Origin: Dipteris shenzhenensis
Taxonomy: Eukaryota
Assembly: GCA_047967505.1 (NCBI GenBank)
Contig: CM106538.1
Direction: 5' to 3' (one strand)
DNA: 64,000 bases
Shown here: positions 24,920 to 38,248 of the stretch, in pieces
Layout of the letters: each line of letters begins with the position of its first letter
Numbering within the stretch: position 1 is the stretch's first letter
The notes under the pieces: model-generated
What the model was told of the DNA's origin: nothing
Seen by the model: the letters and a program-made list of their open reading frames with translations, nothing else
The model's database searches: none
Position numbers and translations under genes: made by a program

Positions 24920-27900
24920 GTATTTTGGTGTTCTTTGCTGCATAGGTACTGCACCAACTACTGAATCAGAAGCATCAACAAAAACTTCAAAAGGAAGACT
25001 CCAGTCAGGTGGTTGTAGGGTAGGAGCTATCGTTAACATTTTTTTCAGCATATTAAAAGCATATTGTTGTGCATCACCCCAAATGTATGGCTCTATTTCC
25101 CGTGTCAGTTTGGTGAGAGGATAGCATATGTTGGCAGGATATCTGAGAAATCTACAGTGCCATTTAATTTGCCCTATGAATCTTTGAATCTACTTGATGT
25201 TTTTGGGTGGTTTAGCCTGTTGAATGGCTAAAACTTTGTTTGGATCAATTTCCATTCCATCTTGGGAGATTATATGTCCTAGTAGAATTCTTCTACTGAC
25301 CGCAATGCACATTTGGCTAGGTTTAAGCTTATTAGACTAGCCATTCTACATTTGGCAAAGCATAAGCTCAAGTGGTGTAGATGCTCCTCCTTTTTGCCAA
25401 ATACTGAAAAGTCATCAAGGAAAACTTTCATGAAAGAGGTAAGATATTCAGCAAATACCTCTTGAATGTATTTTTGAAATGTCGGAGGAGCATTCTTAAG
25501 ACCAAATGTCATCACATTGGAAGCAAACACTCCCCATTCAATGACAAATGCTATTTTGTCTTTATCTTCAAGAGCCATTCTGATCTGGTTGTATCCATTG
25601 AAACCATCAAGAAAACTTTAATTTTCATGCCTTGCCACAACATCTAGTAAAGAATCACAAAATGGTAGAGGGAAACGATCAGTAATGGTGGCAACATTGA
25701 GCTTTCTGTAGTCCACACATATCTTGGGGGATTCACTCTTCATTAAAGGGGGACATCACCTACGTGCATGAACTTCAAGAAAACCCCCTATTTAAGATCC
25801 ACGTAGGATGATAAAACACCCCTATTTAAGCTTATAAGATACCACCGAAATTCCATTATGTCCCCCCCTTTCCTTAAATCTACATTCTCTCTCAAGCATT
25901 TAGATTACACAACAAATTTAGGTTACTTTCCCTATGACTATTTAAAACCACACACAAAATCAAACTTGTTTGGACTAGTTACCCAAGGTAACCTATATTA
26001 TGTCCCCCCTTCTTAAATATGACATGGTCCCCCTAGATTAAATTCAATATTGGGGAAAAAAAAGGGCGCCCACCCCTAATGTATAAGCTTATGCCTCATT
26101 TCAAAAAAACCCCCTATTAAGTTTTCCCCTGTGAATCCCCCGAGACACATATTCAGAGCTTTCCATTCTTTTTGGGCACAATCACAATAGGTGAAAGCCA
26201 AGTAACATGTGTGAGAGGGTAAATAAGACCAACTCTCAATAACTTATCAATTTCCTCTTTAACTTGTTTGGCATAGTTGGGATTCATTCTGTACCTTCCC
26301 TGTTATCACTGGTACAGCATCTTGCTTTAAGTTGATTTTGTGCTGATAGAATTTGGGGTCTACTCCCTTCATATCAGTGTAATGCCAAGCAAAGACATCC
26401 TTATATTCTGTCAATAAGTCTTTTAAAGCCATTTTGAAAGGTGGAGGGAGGCCTGTACTTACCAAAACTATGGGAGTCTCCAAGGTTCATTTCCTCCAAG
26501 TCATCTTGTTGGACTCTTGCACTCTTTTGCATATGTTCTTCAAAGTGAGCTTCAACTTCTAGGATGGATTATGCAGCTGATTTCTAAGTATCCTCATGTA
26601 GTGTGTCATCTGGCTGGGCCTACTTGTTACTTTAGATGTTGATGCTGATAGGATCTATTTTCGATGGTTTTCCAACTGTGCTCTACTCCACCATCATTGG
26701 TGGATGTAGGTCGGATGGCTCTGTTTGTTGAATTGAGCATGTATATTGATCAAGAATCTTGATTACATCAATTTCAAAGATGGGAAAAACTGTAGGATTT
26801 CTCCTTAGAAAAATTTCTTCCTCATCCTCCTCAAATTCTACTATCATATTAATGCCTTCTGCTTGTAGTGGCTGAGCTTTCCTTGGGAAGCTTCTCTTTG
26901 AAGAGAGATTGATTTGAAACTTCTTTTTACCTTTCCTAATTGTGATTCTTTCTGAACGCCAATCCTGTTTCACTTTAGCAGCTCTTAACCATGGCCTACC
27001 CAATAACATGGAATATGCACAATCTCTTTCCTCCATCCTGAGTACCACAAATGTAACTATAAAGGAGAGTCCCATAATAGTAATTTCCTATCCTCTTAGT
27101 ATTCCCAGAGGTTGTATCCTCCTTTGGTTAGCCATTCTAACTTGAAATGGTGCTGGTGCAAGTTCATTGCAACAAATTTTTTTAAAGAGATCCTCAAAGA
27201 GAATGTTCACTCCTGACCCTCCATCAACAAGTACTTCAGGGATCCTTTGCCTTTTATAATCCACATCTATGAGTGGGACTTGATAGCCCACATCCTCAAT
27301 AGTGGATGTGTAGATGTCAGGGGTTTCCTCTTCATCATCACTTTGTGGCTGATTTGTGGGAAGAGGATGATCTGTAAAATGCAAAGTCTTACATAATTGA
27401 TGCTTAAAGGCTGGGACAAGATTGAGAAGTTGGTCCAATGTTATTTGCACTTTGGACTCTAAAAGCTCTTGAAAGAAGAGTGTGGGATCATCTTGTTCCT
27501 GCTTGTCCTTTTGTTGTATCTAACTTCTACTTTTTATTGTGGTCTCTGGAGTTGGAAAAGGATGTTCCTCTTTGATTTCAGTGATCTTGATTTCGTCTCC
27601 AATGTTTTGTTGCTATGTTGAGTCAGAGCTGGGTACGGCCACCAAATCCTGTCTTTCTTTTGGAATATACTTCTGGTTGCTAGAGGCTTGTACTCTTCTT
27701 GCTGTGTCTAGGGTCATGTAAACTTGTTGTATGTTGCCATGTTGAATTGGACTAGCTGTAGCTTGCTGTTGGGCGTCTTGTGTCAGAATGATGTCGGGCT
27801 GTGTTCTGATTTTTTTGAGGTCAAGCTTAGCCTTACCTTTATTTTGTAGATGTGAGCTTTGTGCTTATGATGCTACATTAGTCTCTAGAATTTGCTATAG

Positions 27901-28920
27901 TGCCTGATTTCTAACATGTGCCTGACTTTGCTAGTTCATTGGCTTAGCTGTTGTTCTTGGTGCATCTCCAAGGCCGGGCATGGGCTTTGTACCTTTAGAC
28001 CTTGTCACTGCCAGTGCATGTATATTGCTCTGACTTCTTTGAGTTTGTTGATTGTAATCCTCAATGATAGGATGCAAGTATACCATATGCACACCTTGTG
28101 GTGGTTGTTGTTGTTGATTTTGATTACCACGTGCATTATAGTTGATGATGGGGATTTCTCTTTCTCCTCGATGTTTGCACCAAAGTTCACTCTGAGGACC
28201 CTATCTGTGTCCTTCCATGCCACAGTAGGTGCATGGTTTTGATTCTAGTTTTGACCTTGTTGATTCCCCCAATTCTGCTGATTGGGTCTTCTTTGTCGAA
28301 TCTTTGTGGTCCTTGGTTGCCTACAGCAATCTGATTGGCTGCCACAGGTGGGCCTTGATTTGGTTGAGTTTTGTACATGAGGAGAAACTCTTCCCCTGTA
28401 GTTTGGATTATACCAGCATCTTTCTTTCTCATGATTGTCCTTCCCACATAATGCACAAGAAATTTTAGGTGGAGGAGAGGATGTTTTCATAGTTTCTAGT
28501 TGCTCCTTGATCATTTGCTCTTGTCCTTTCTTGCCTATGAATTTAGCTGATTTCACCGAGGGATTCTGCATCCTTGGATGTTGTTGTTGTATTTGAGGTG
28601 GAACTTGTTGTCTCCTTTTTGGAAGTGGAGGAAGTGGATTGAAGTCGAGTTTCCTTTGAGCTTGTACAAATAAGCGTGCTATGAAATTTGTCACAATACT
28701 CTGCTTGATTAATTCTTCTGTAGGTGATTGCAACGTCAATTGGGTAAGTTCAAGCTGTACTTCACTTAGTTCTGTGTCATGCACCAAATTGTCTGAAGAA
28801 CTGGTTCCACTTGGTGTATAATTAGGATCATGGAAGATGTCATCCTAATTGTCCGTCTGTGTGCTTGCTTCCAGTCTAGCATGACTTCTGGTGAAGTAGG
28901 CATATCCAATTCATCGGGAT
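24920..28920 (-). mobile_element. Degenerate Ty3/Gypsy gag-pol (gag CCHC, protease, RT, start of RNase H)
   Basis: CALCGKDNHEKERC zinc knuckle; VLVDGGSGVNIL protease; MTFGLKNAPPTFQ and VFLDDFSVF RT; LPFEVFVDASD RNase H; many stops and frameshifts. Confidence 0.92.
25723..26144. mobile_element. 422-bp MITE with 14-bp TIR and 8-bp TSD, inserted in the Gypsy RT
   Basis: CTTGGGGGATTCAC...GTGAATCCCCCGAG (1 mismatch); TSD ACACATAT at 25715-25722 and 26145-26152; excision restores the RT motif GKL(x)ICVDYRKLN. Confidence 0.92.
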
Positions 28921-31900
28921 GATGTTGCTATTGAGAGCTATCTGACATGGACCAAATTGCTTGCCATGTAAGACACCTTAACCTTAGTTAGCTAAGTTTG
29001 GTTTGAGACCCACATATAGGGCTCACCTATTCTTTTATACTTAGAGTTCTTCATCGGCGGAAGTCAATTGAAGGTAGACTACAGTCAGAATTCCTTCAAG
29101 CTTCTATTGTCGACTTCATTCAAAGACAATCAGTTGGAGAGCGCCACACACTCTGGACAAGTGCATACACTGCGATGAGAGGGATGCCTATACAACTGTA
29201 GCTCGGATTATGCAATTAACGCCCAGCAAAGCATAGTCTGACAAAACAAGGGAGGAATAAGCGAATCGACGTCCTATTACACCTAAAGCACAATCAACTA
29301 TGGAACACCCCAAGATCGAAGAAGTGCAAGCAAACTATACATGAGAGAGTGCTAGACGCAACTCTACAGTAGTTTTGTTGAACGTCATTTTGTAACTTTC
29401 CACTTGGCGCAAAGCTATAACTCCGACAATGCTTCATTGTATGCTGGATTCTCATGGAGGTTGTTGCGTCTACTCGTTTGTTTTTTGTGTGGTGTTGTTG
29501 ATCTTACTATTGGTTCTCTTTTTGTAGAATTGCTATGTAGCAGCAACCGACAATCAAAGTTTGAACATAGTAGAGGATTGCCAATAGTGTTGTTGGTGTC
29601 TCCAAAATGCAGGAAACCAACCACAATGTCCACACCTGGCAATAGCAGTGCCAGGGTCATAGACTATTGTCGAAAAGATGCAAAGACAACTCAAAACATC
29701 AAAAGAAGTGATATTTATGCTCATACAGTAGAAATATTCTTAGTATTTTGTATTCTAATAGACCACAACAACAACCCTCCTTCAAGAGGTGAAGATGAGC
29801 ATATAACATCATTTGACTACAGTTAGGCAACAGTTAGAAACAACAAACAATCCAAAACATAATGTGGGGGATAAGGCCATTCTTACTGGCTATTAGGGAT
29901 AGTTTTAATTGTCCCTGTAGTTACAAAATTATCCCACTACTAGGGGTATACTAACCCTCCTAGGGTAAAGCCTATGTGGGTGGAGATATAACTCTCAATA
30001 GGGGCTGATATGGGGTGGGTGCACATGGGAGGGTGGTCAAGCATGGGTTAAGGGGGGTGAGGATGGTTTGGGTGGTCCCCAATGTAAGAGGAATAGCCAA
30101 TAGGGACTCTCTACATGCCTGCCATCCCTCCACCTCAACATACCATTGCCCCACACAAAGGAGCACTCTCATTGGTACACCTAAAATCCCTCTCTAATCC
30201 CTTAAAATTAGGAAACACTAAGTGGAGGCCCTTTTGAGACCCCATTTCTCCCCTAATGCAAGCCTTTAGCGGTATGTGTTCGTACGATTTCCCCTATAAA
30301 TTCCCAAGAGTGTTTCTATTATGTATATCCGAGCATTATTAGAGCTTTTCCTTAACGTCATTGTGGGCTTATAGGATTTTGTATATGTTGTTGCAAAGTT
30401 GTTTGCAAAGATTGGGAAGCAAGCATTACTGCACAGGATTTGACATGGAAATTGATGATGTAATAGGAAATCAGGGCAACAGAGTCAAAGAGAAAGTGGC
30501 TATGCACCTACATAGGGTCACCAAGGGGCTCAAACAAGTCGAGGGCACTGAGGGAGGAGATAAGCAAGCAATGTGAGCGAGAGGAGCACAAATCCAAGTG
30601 CAAGATGGCCAGCTCCGCAATTTGGGGGGGAGGCATAGACTACGAAGGGTAGTGAAACAGGCAGCATCTTTGGGTCACGACATTTATTTTGCAACCTAAA
30701 TGAAAAAATAGCAGCGTCGAATTCACAGATTGAGAGCAATGTCTATCTATACTGAGCCATACATAGATGACATTTCATCAAACAAAAATAGTGACCTATG
30801 AATAGCAAGGCCAGACTTTGGTGAGATCTTTTCCCACTGTTTGTAGAGTATGCCTATACAATGAGGGTCATCTATTTTTTTCAGTTTGCAGAGTATGCCT
30901 ATAGAAACTTGCTTTTCAATTTCTCATTTTATTACCACAGTGGCAAGAGTCATCAAGCCATAGTTGCAAGACTTCTTAGCTGTGGTGGATAGAACAGAGA
31001 GGAGTCCATTTTTCTTGTGTTTGCAGAGTATGCCTATACTATGAATGGGACATTGTTTTCTTGTTTTCCAATGGAAGGAAGGAACTAAAAGCCCAATGAA
31101 TTGCTATACCAAGGGGGTTACTACCTTGTATTACAAATGGGGGTTACTACCACAAATGATCATGTATCAGCATACTAACATGGCGATGCCATTCTCCCTT
31201 GCATCAATAATTGCATATGTTGTTTCCAAAAATCTTGAGTGTACTTTTGATATGTCTTAGATCTTAGCATAGTGTAATATGGTTTTTTAGCTATCATAAT
31301 TGTTATCTCATGCCTATCTTGGCTTGATAACAGACACCTGTGTGTAAGTACCTTGGTAAACATTATTAATCCATGTGTTTGGATCACATTAGATGCATTC
31401 AACCCAATGAATCATCACCTCTGTTGGGTATGCTTTTAGATCCTCCACTATTTTATACATAATTTCAAACCAAGGTTTATACATGCTTTTACATCCTCCA
31501 CTATTTTATACATAGTTTCAAACCAAGGTTTATGCTTGTAATATGTTTCCTTACTCTATTGTAGTGTTTCTTACATGGAATCTATTTTAATGATAAACTT
31601 ACAAAGAAAACCTCGTATTACAAATGGGGCTTACTACCAAAAATGTCCCACATTTATGTTGCATCAATTCATTACATATTTAACTATTGTAGGCCATTAG
31701 CACTCTTCAATTTTTTGTGAATGATGTGTTTTACATGGCAGGAAAGGTGTATCCCAACACCCCCAAAACAATTCCCTGAGGCAATGCTTGAGCTGCCTGT
31801 ATATGAGGGGCATTTGCAGCAAAAGAAGAGTTAGACCTAAAGTTACAAGGCTATATCCCAACAACCGGCTCATCATATAATAGGTTAGCCACATAATTTT

Positions 31901-34900
31901 AAGAGCCTGAGGTCAAGAGGGAGCCACTGGTGGAGAGAAATAGCATGTACCACAACTAGAGGTTGAGAGGCAGCATTTCATTCTTGTTGATGCTGATATA
32001 GAGTAGCCCATAGAAGTTGTGAGAGAACTTCTCAATGATGCTGAGATAGAGTATAGCACATGTATTGGTGCAAAGCATAATCCATGTGCTTCAAATGCAT
32101 AAGGCTACATCAACTATACAAGGTCAACTGAGGCACTCATCATGCTTTAGAGCATGCCAATTGACAAAATTTTTGTAAGACTACATATTGCTTGACATCT
32201 AAGAATGCGACTATGTAATGGCATTTTTCTTGAAATTCCATGTGGTTCATGGAAAACTTGCGAGTCTAATGATTTTTGTCTATAATACATTGTGTATATG
32301 TCAGTGATTTCCTCCCTCTCCCTCCCTCTCTCTTGCTCTTTCTCCCTCTTTATTTAGTCAACTTATGTGTTTTTGTAAAATTGTTGTACCTAGAAAGGCA
32401 CATGCTATGTCGGGCTATTGTTGATGGCACAATAATGGTGGCAAGGGCTGAACATGGTTGGCTATGGATCCCTTTGGTGAAGTGTCTTTTGTAAAATATA
32501 GTAAGAAGGAAGAAATATAGCAACATACAGTCAATAGAGGTAGAAAATCTGTGCAACATACATAGGAGGCTGAATAAATCTCGGTGCTAATAAATGTCTG
32601 TTGTGCAGCACACAAAAGAGGTTGGGAAGAACTGAGTGCAACTAAGTGTCCAAAGCAAAAATATGTAATCATGAAATCCTTCATAACATTTGTTAAAATA
32701 TGTAGTTAGGAAACCCAACCAAAGTTCTCACATTTCTTAATCTCATATAGCCAAAAATGAGGAGGATATGCTAAGTACCAAACTCTAAAGCAATGGTTTA
32801 TGGTTGGCACACCTAGCCAAAGTGCTCACATTTATAAATCTCATATAGCCAAAAATGAGGAGCATTTATCAATCTCATAAAGTCACCTACAAGTTTGAAA
32901 AACTTTTAACTCCATCATAAGCTTTCAAGTGACATGACCTCCACATGTTGGTATCACAAAATATAAGGGCGTATCTCCAAATTTATAATGCAAAATGAAA
33001 AAGAAAAATGCAATCTCCAACCTTGTGATGATCCTCAATGTTGCAAACCTTCAACATCATCAGAGCATGGGACCATTTGATGTCCACCTTGCCTTAATCA
33101 GAACAAAACTTCCTTCTTGCCTTCTTTTTGTAGGTGTTGCAAACTTTTGGATCCCTTGTTTTGAACCCCTCACAAGGGGCTGGCAAAAAACCCACTTGTT
33201 CCAAAATCAAAAGAACTTTATCACATGTTCATCAACAAGCCCAATAAATGCTTTTTTATTTAGAGGTGTCCACTATAAGAGGCCAACAACTCCCTTAAAT
33301 GTCCCTTTAACTCAACTAATTGAAAACCCTTTGATATGCAAAAGCATATCTCCACAATGCATGCCTTTAAGTCATCCACTAGATGCATTAGTTGAGATAA
33401 ATCTAATATAGGCTTTAAATGACTGATCCCCTTACCAAAATAGCACAATTGATAACAACCTAGATGATCAAACAACATGTCCAAACTCACCATACAAAAG
33501 CAAACATAAATACAATTTTAAGTCCTACGTTGAGTCATCCATGGGATTAAAGCTAGCACTTAATTACTATTTTTGCTTGCTTGCAAAATTGTAATAATAC
33601 ACAATAAGAATCTCATATCTCTAAATTTAAATTAGCTTTTCATTAAAGTTTAAGATAGCATGTACATATTTAATACATCTTGAATTTATGTCAACCTTGT
33701 TACTGAGGCTCCATCATAAAAATGAGATCACTTTAAAATAGAATTGATTAGAGCTAGCATCCTACTTGGCTCAGCCACAAGACAATTAAAAATATAGTAT
33801 AGTCTGCTAAATAAACCATCATATTAAGCAAGAAGAGCTCATTTTCAAGACACAACAAAGGACATGCTAAGAAAGCACCAAGTTTATTACAGAGAGATAT
33901 GTAGAATGAGAAAGAACTTCTAGTCAGGTGTACCCAAGGGATGGCTAGTACAACATCCAGAGTGCATAACTGATTGATAGATGTACCACTTCTCCACCCT
34001 TGTATTACTCTCCTTATTCTCTTTGATTACTTGAACATTTAGATTTAGCATCTTCTTTGCAAGCAACTGACACCAACAGTACCACAAACCTCCACAGAGA
34101 GTGCATTGATGGATATTAGTGTAAGCCTAACCAAAGAGCTCCATCTCCAAAGGGACTATCTCTCATTTCAAGCTTGCAAAGCTTCTCATGCACATACTAC
34201 ATGCCAAAATTACTATCTTCAACAAAAGCTCTTCCTGTACTACATGCTGATATATTCAAACACTCTATCTGTAAGCAAGCGACAATCATTGCAAATTCTT
34301 GCAATTCCACCACTTGTATCCAAACACTCTATCTGTAAGCAAGCCAGAAACTGACAGCCATTGCAAATTCTTGCAATTCCCCCACAAGTAAGAGTTAGAG
34401 ATGGAAATGAGTGAATTTGGGGTAGTTAGTTTTGCAAAGGCTTCACAAGCAGGCCCTCCCTGTTATTTCTTCAGGATGTTGCGTATTTCTTCCATATCCT
34501 CATCTTTGAGGTGTGATTTATAGAGCTTCTCAGTCTCTTTTCTAGCTTGCTTTGTCAGAGGTTTCCCTTCTTGTTTCATTTTTCAAGTGCGCATTTTGTG
34601 TCATCTCTTTTCTTACAAGAGCATTCCCTCTTCCATAACTTAAGTCCTACTAATCCCATTAATTGTGAAAACGCCATCAATGAAAGCATTGAGGGACCTT
34701 CGAACTTCTTTGGTAGTATGCAAAAACACTATATTGGAGAATTTGGGAATCTCCAAAGTCCCACTTTTAAGTAAAGTGTTAAGATTTGACCGTGTGGCCA
34801 AAACTTGAACCCTTATTTGAAATTGGGACTTAAGAGGATCCCTAATATGGTGTTTAGGATGGATTCCACTTTCAAGTAATGGATTCAGATTCAACCATGT

Positions 34901-35052
34901 GGCCAAATCTTAACCATATTGGGAAGTCCCAAATAATTTGAAAACTTCCTAATATTCTGTTCAAAGCAAATTTCACAAACCTTGACTACAATCTTAATGT
35001 TGTAGAGCGGAGCTGATCTACGATCACATCGAACAACTATGTGCAATGTAAT

Positions 35053-35325
35053 TGTGATAATAGCGTAACACATAGACAAGGCACATGATAAGAAAGAGAA
35101 AACACAAGATCAGAGATAGCCAAGCGTGCCCTGATTAAGGGTCTTTGTTCTTCCTTTATTACATTTGAATTCGGTTACAATCCATGGCTCTAAGGCTAAG
35201 TCTTTAGGGCTGAATTACATCTAGACCTCTAGTCCATTTACCAAGCATCCGCATGGCCTACACGTGGCGGGGCTAAGATCTATGTGGCAGTGCCAGCTCA
35301 AATCTATGTGGCAATCCCAGTCACA
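35053..35325 (-). mobile_element. Probable 3' LTR (273 bp) of the adjacent Gypsy fragment
   Basis: TGTGA...TCACA termini; preceded on the minus strand by the polypurine tract AAGAGGGGGAG (~35330-35340) downstream of integrase. Confidence 0.65.
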
Positions 35326-35340
35326 TCTACTCCCCCTCTT

Positions 35341-36760
35341 GAAGAAATGGTCATGGTCGCCTTGGAATGGAACGGCTTCATTCATGAGATATGAGCTGTT
35401 GTCTGAGTTTTCTTGGTTGGTGCACATCGTAGCAACAATGAAGAAGTTGTTCTTTCTACTTTGCTTGTCACTTGATAGGGTAAGAACTTTTTAGCTAGAC
35501 CCTTTTTCCTTGTAGGAAATACAGCATCACCAGATCTCCCAACTGATACTACATGTAGTTGTGTCATTCGTCATAGTGCCTCTTTTGTCTATCCTGTACT
35601 TTCTTCATATGAGAAGCTGCATTTTGTCAAATGAACTGCAAAGCCTGCTGCAAGAAATTTGACCACCGGACTGCGTCTCGATTTTTAATTTTTGAAATGT
35701 GTGTGGATCCTACTTCTACTAGAAACTGAGGTGGTCTACCAAATAGTGATTCAAATGGACTTATCTGTTTAGATACTTGCAATGTTGTATTTGCTTCTAG
35801 AATGTATGGTAATGAGGCATCCCAATTCTTGTGATCTGGATCAATGTGCATGGCTAACATTAACTTGATAGCTCTATTCAACCTTTTTGTTAAACCATTG
35901 TAATCTAGATGTTACAAACTAGTGAATTGCTACTTAATGTTGAGAAGCTATGCCACCCATGATTTGCATTACTTCTGATTTGAAGTTAGAACCTTGATCA
36001 GACATTATGAATTTTGGATAGCCATGTTGCAGAATGACATTATCAATCAAAAAACTTGCTATGTCTGCTGCTCTTGCAGATGCTAGTGGTTTCACAATCA
36101 CCCATCTGGTCACATAATCTATCAAGACTATGATGTATGCATTGCCTAATGCTAAAGTTGGAAAAGGTCCTGAAATATCATAAGCAACCAATTCAAATGG
36201 CTCTGAAGCTGTAATCAACTACATATCTCCAACCAGCTTCCTTGTTGTTGGCTTGAACATTTGACAGGTTGGACATGACTGAAGGTAGTGGTGGACAGAT
36301 AACCTCATCTTTGGCCAATAAAACTTAGTTCTAAGTCTTTCTAAAACCTTTATGAAACCTAGATGACCTCTGAAAATATCATCGTGAAATGACTTTAAGC
36401 ACAAATGCTGAACTACTTGTGGGACATACAACCTAGGTTGAAATGGTGGTTTGTGAAAATAAAGAAAGCCATCATAGACTTGGAAATTTGACTGACATGT
36501 ACCAAACCTAATTTTGGATATCAGACTTGATATTTTTTTTCCTTGGGACTAAAGGATCTTTAGATCATCTAAGGAAGGAATTGACGAATCAGCGATCGGG
36601 ACCGAAAGTGGAGTACGTGATGCTACAAGAAACCGAGAGTTGGAAGATGAATTTCAAGTGATCTAGACAGACTGATAAAAGACTCTTGAGAGGGCATCAG
36701 AAATTTGATTCATCTTACTGGTGATGACAAAATCATAGTCTTGCAGAAGTAAGATCTGCA
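35341..36760 (-). pseudogene. Degenerate Gypsy RNase H C-terminus and integrase
   Basis: LLLQDYDF...SDALSR; HHCC motif H..GHLG...CPTC; DISGPFP...IDYVTRW...SDQGSNF; SPFESLFGRPP. Confidence 0.9.
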
Positions 36761-38248
36761 TCGTGTAAACTGATTTTGATAACTGGTGGAACTATAATGT
36801 AGTTGGCAGGAAAATTAAGACTTGGGGAGGGGTCCAGAATTATGTAAGATAGCACATGAGTTCAACACGGGGGTTTTTCATTTTGTGGAGTTACAAGAAA
36901 TATACATATGTATAAGGGGTACATAAGGGGTATATCTAAACCTCAAATATATGTAAGTAGGGGGTTTTATAAATCCCCCTTGAACGCACGTGCTATATAT
37001 GGTTTTCATGTACTAACGTCCCTTGAAATTAAGCAAGGAGGAGATGTTGAAAGTCACAGTTGACTACACTAGGACATTGGAGTGCAAAGTGAAAAATTTT
37101 CAATGGTGTGCAGCTTGTGTTTCTACTTTAGAGTTTTGAATCTTCAACCCTATTGAAATTCTCCCCAGCAGAGTCAAAATAGAGTAAAAAGGAGTTCTAA
37201 TCCAAAGACTCATTGGAAAAAATAGTTGCAATCAGAAGCATTCCAAGATCAAATCAAATGCTATGGAACTCAAGAAAATAAAGTTCCACACAATATATTT
37301 ACAGATTTTGGTATGCTATGCGAAGTTTGTTGACAACAAGAAGTGATTCCCCACTTATTAAAATCATGTGCTAAGGGCAAAAATGTATGTCAATTGAAGG
37401 AAGCCTCAAGGAAGCTCGACACCATTTCACTGTAGATCAAAGCAGCATAGGAAATTGTGTTGCTTGAGAGAGAGAGAGATAATGGAAATCCTTGACTTTT
37501 TAATTTGGTTGTCGAATGCGCATGTGCAGATGTTGGACAAGCTTCTTGTTAGAAGCGGCAACAACTGACACTTGTGAACACAAGGAGAGGAAAAATGACA
37601 ATCGAGCCTCCTGCTTCTCTTTGAAAGGAATGGGCTTGTGGTTGGTGACCATTTCTTCCATGCCAAACTTCTAGTGAAGTGACTGTGCAATACAAATAAA
37701 ACTATTGATATTCAAGTGATATGCCTATCTCTTATCCATTCATGAGACTCTTTTGAGATGCTACTAGACTCTAATATATGTGCTGTTCTCAAACGCGATG
37801 CCCAGGGAAGGTCCCCTTCCCTTGGATATAATTATTTGGGAAAGGAAGCATGGCATCTCCCCACCTACACTATGTGTGATTATAATAATTTTATTATGTA
37901 TTATTATAGACATATTTATAATTTCTTGTTCACCCTTTCTTGCCCTAGATATGTTTACTTCAATCTACATTCTTACAACATTCCTCTCTCTTGATGCATG
38001 TCCTTGATGTGAGGGAACATTTGGAGTCAGCAAAGATAACCAAGTTGGATGTAAGATCGAAGGATGATAGCACATATGATTAATAATAGATCATATCGCA
38101 TTATTATATAGACTACAATGAGAATAAATTATGAGCTCTTGTGAGCATATCCCTTTATAGGCCCCCAACCTTCCAAGTACCACTTGCTTTTGTAGCTTGG
38201 CCATAACCCATGAGCAATGTGCCTTTCTAGGCCCTCCCTTATAGGCCT

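Noticed and set aside
29100-34990. Possible LTR/PBS of the 24.9-28.9 kb Gypsy and possible decayed transposon genes
   Set aside because: TGGCGC (minus strand, ~29146) is not preceded by a clear LTR end, and no domain or paired termini could be identified; only short local duplications.
36820-37000. Imperfect inverted repeat (ATAGCACATGAGTTCAA / TTGAACGCACGTGCTAT) as a MITE
   Set aside because: No clear termini or TSD.
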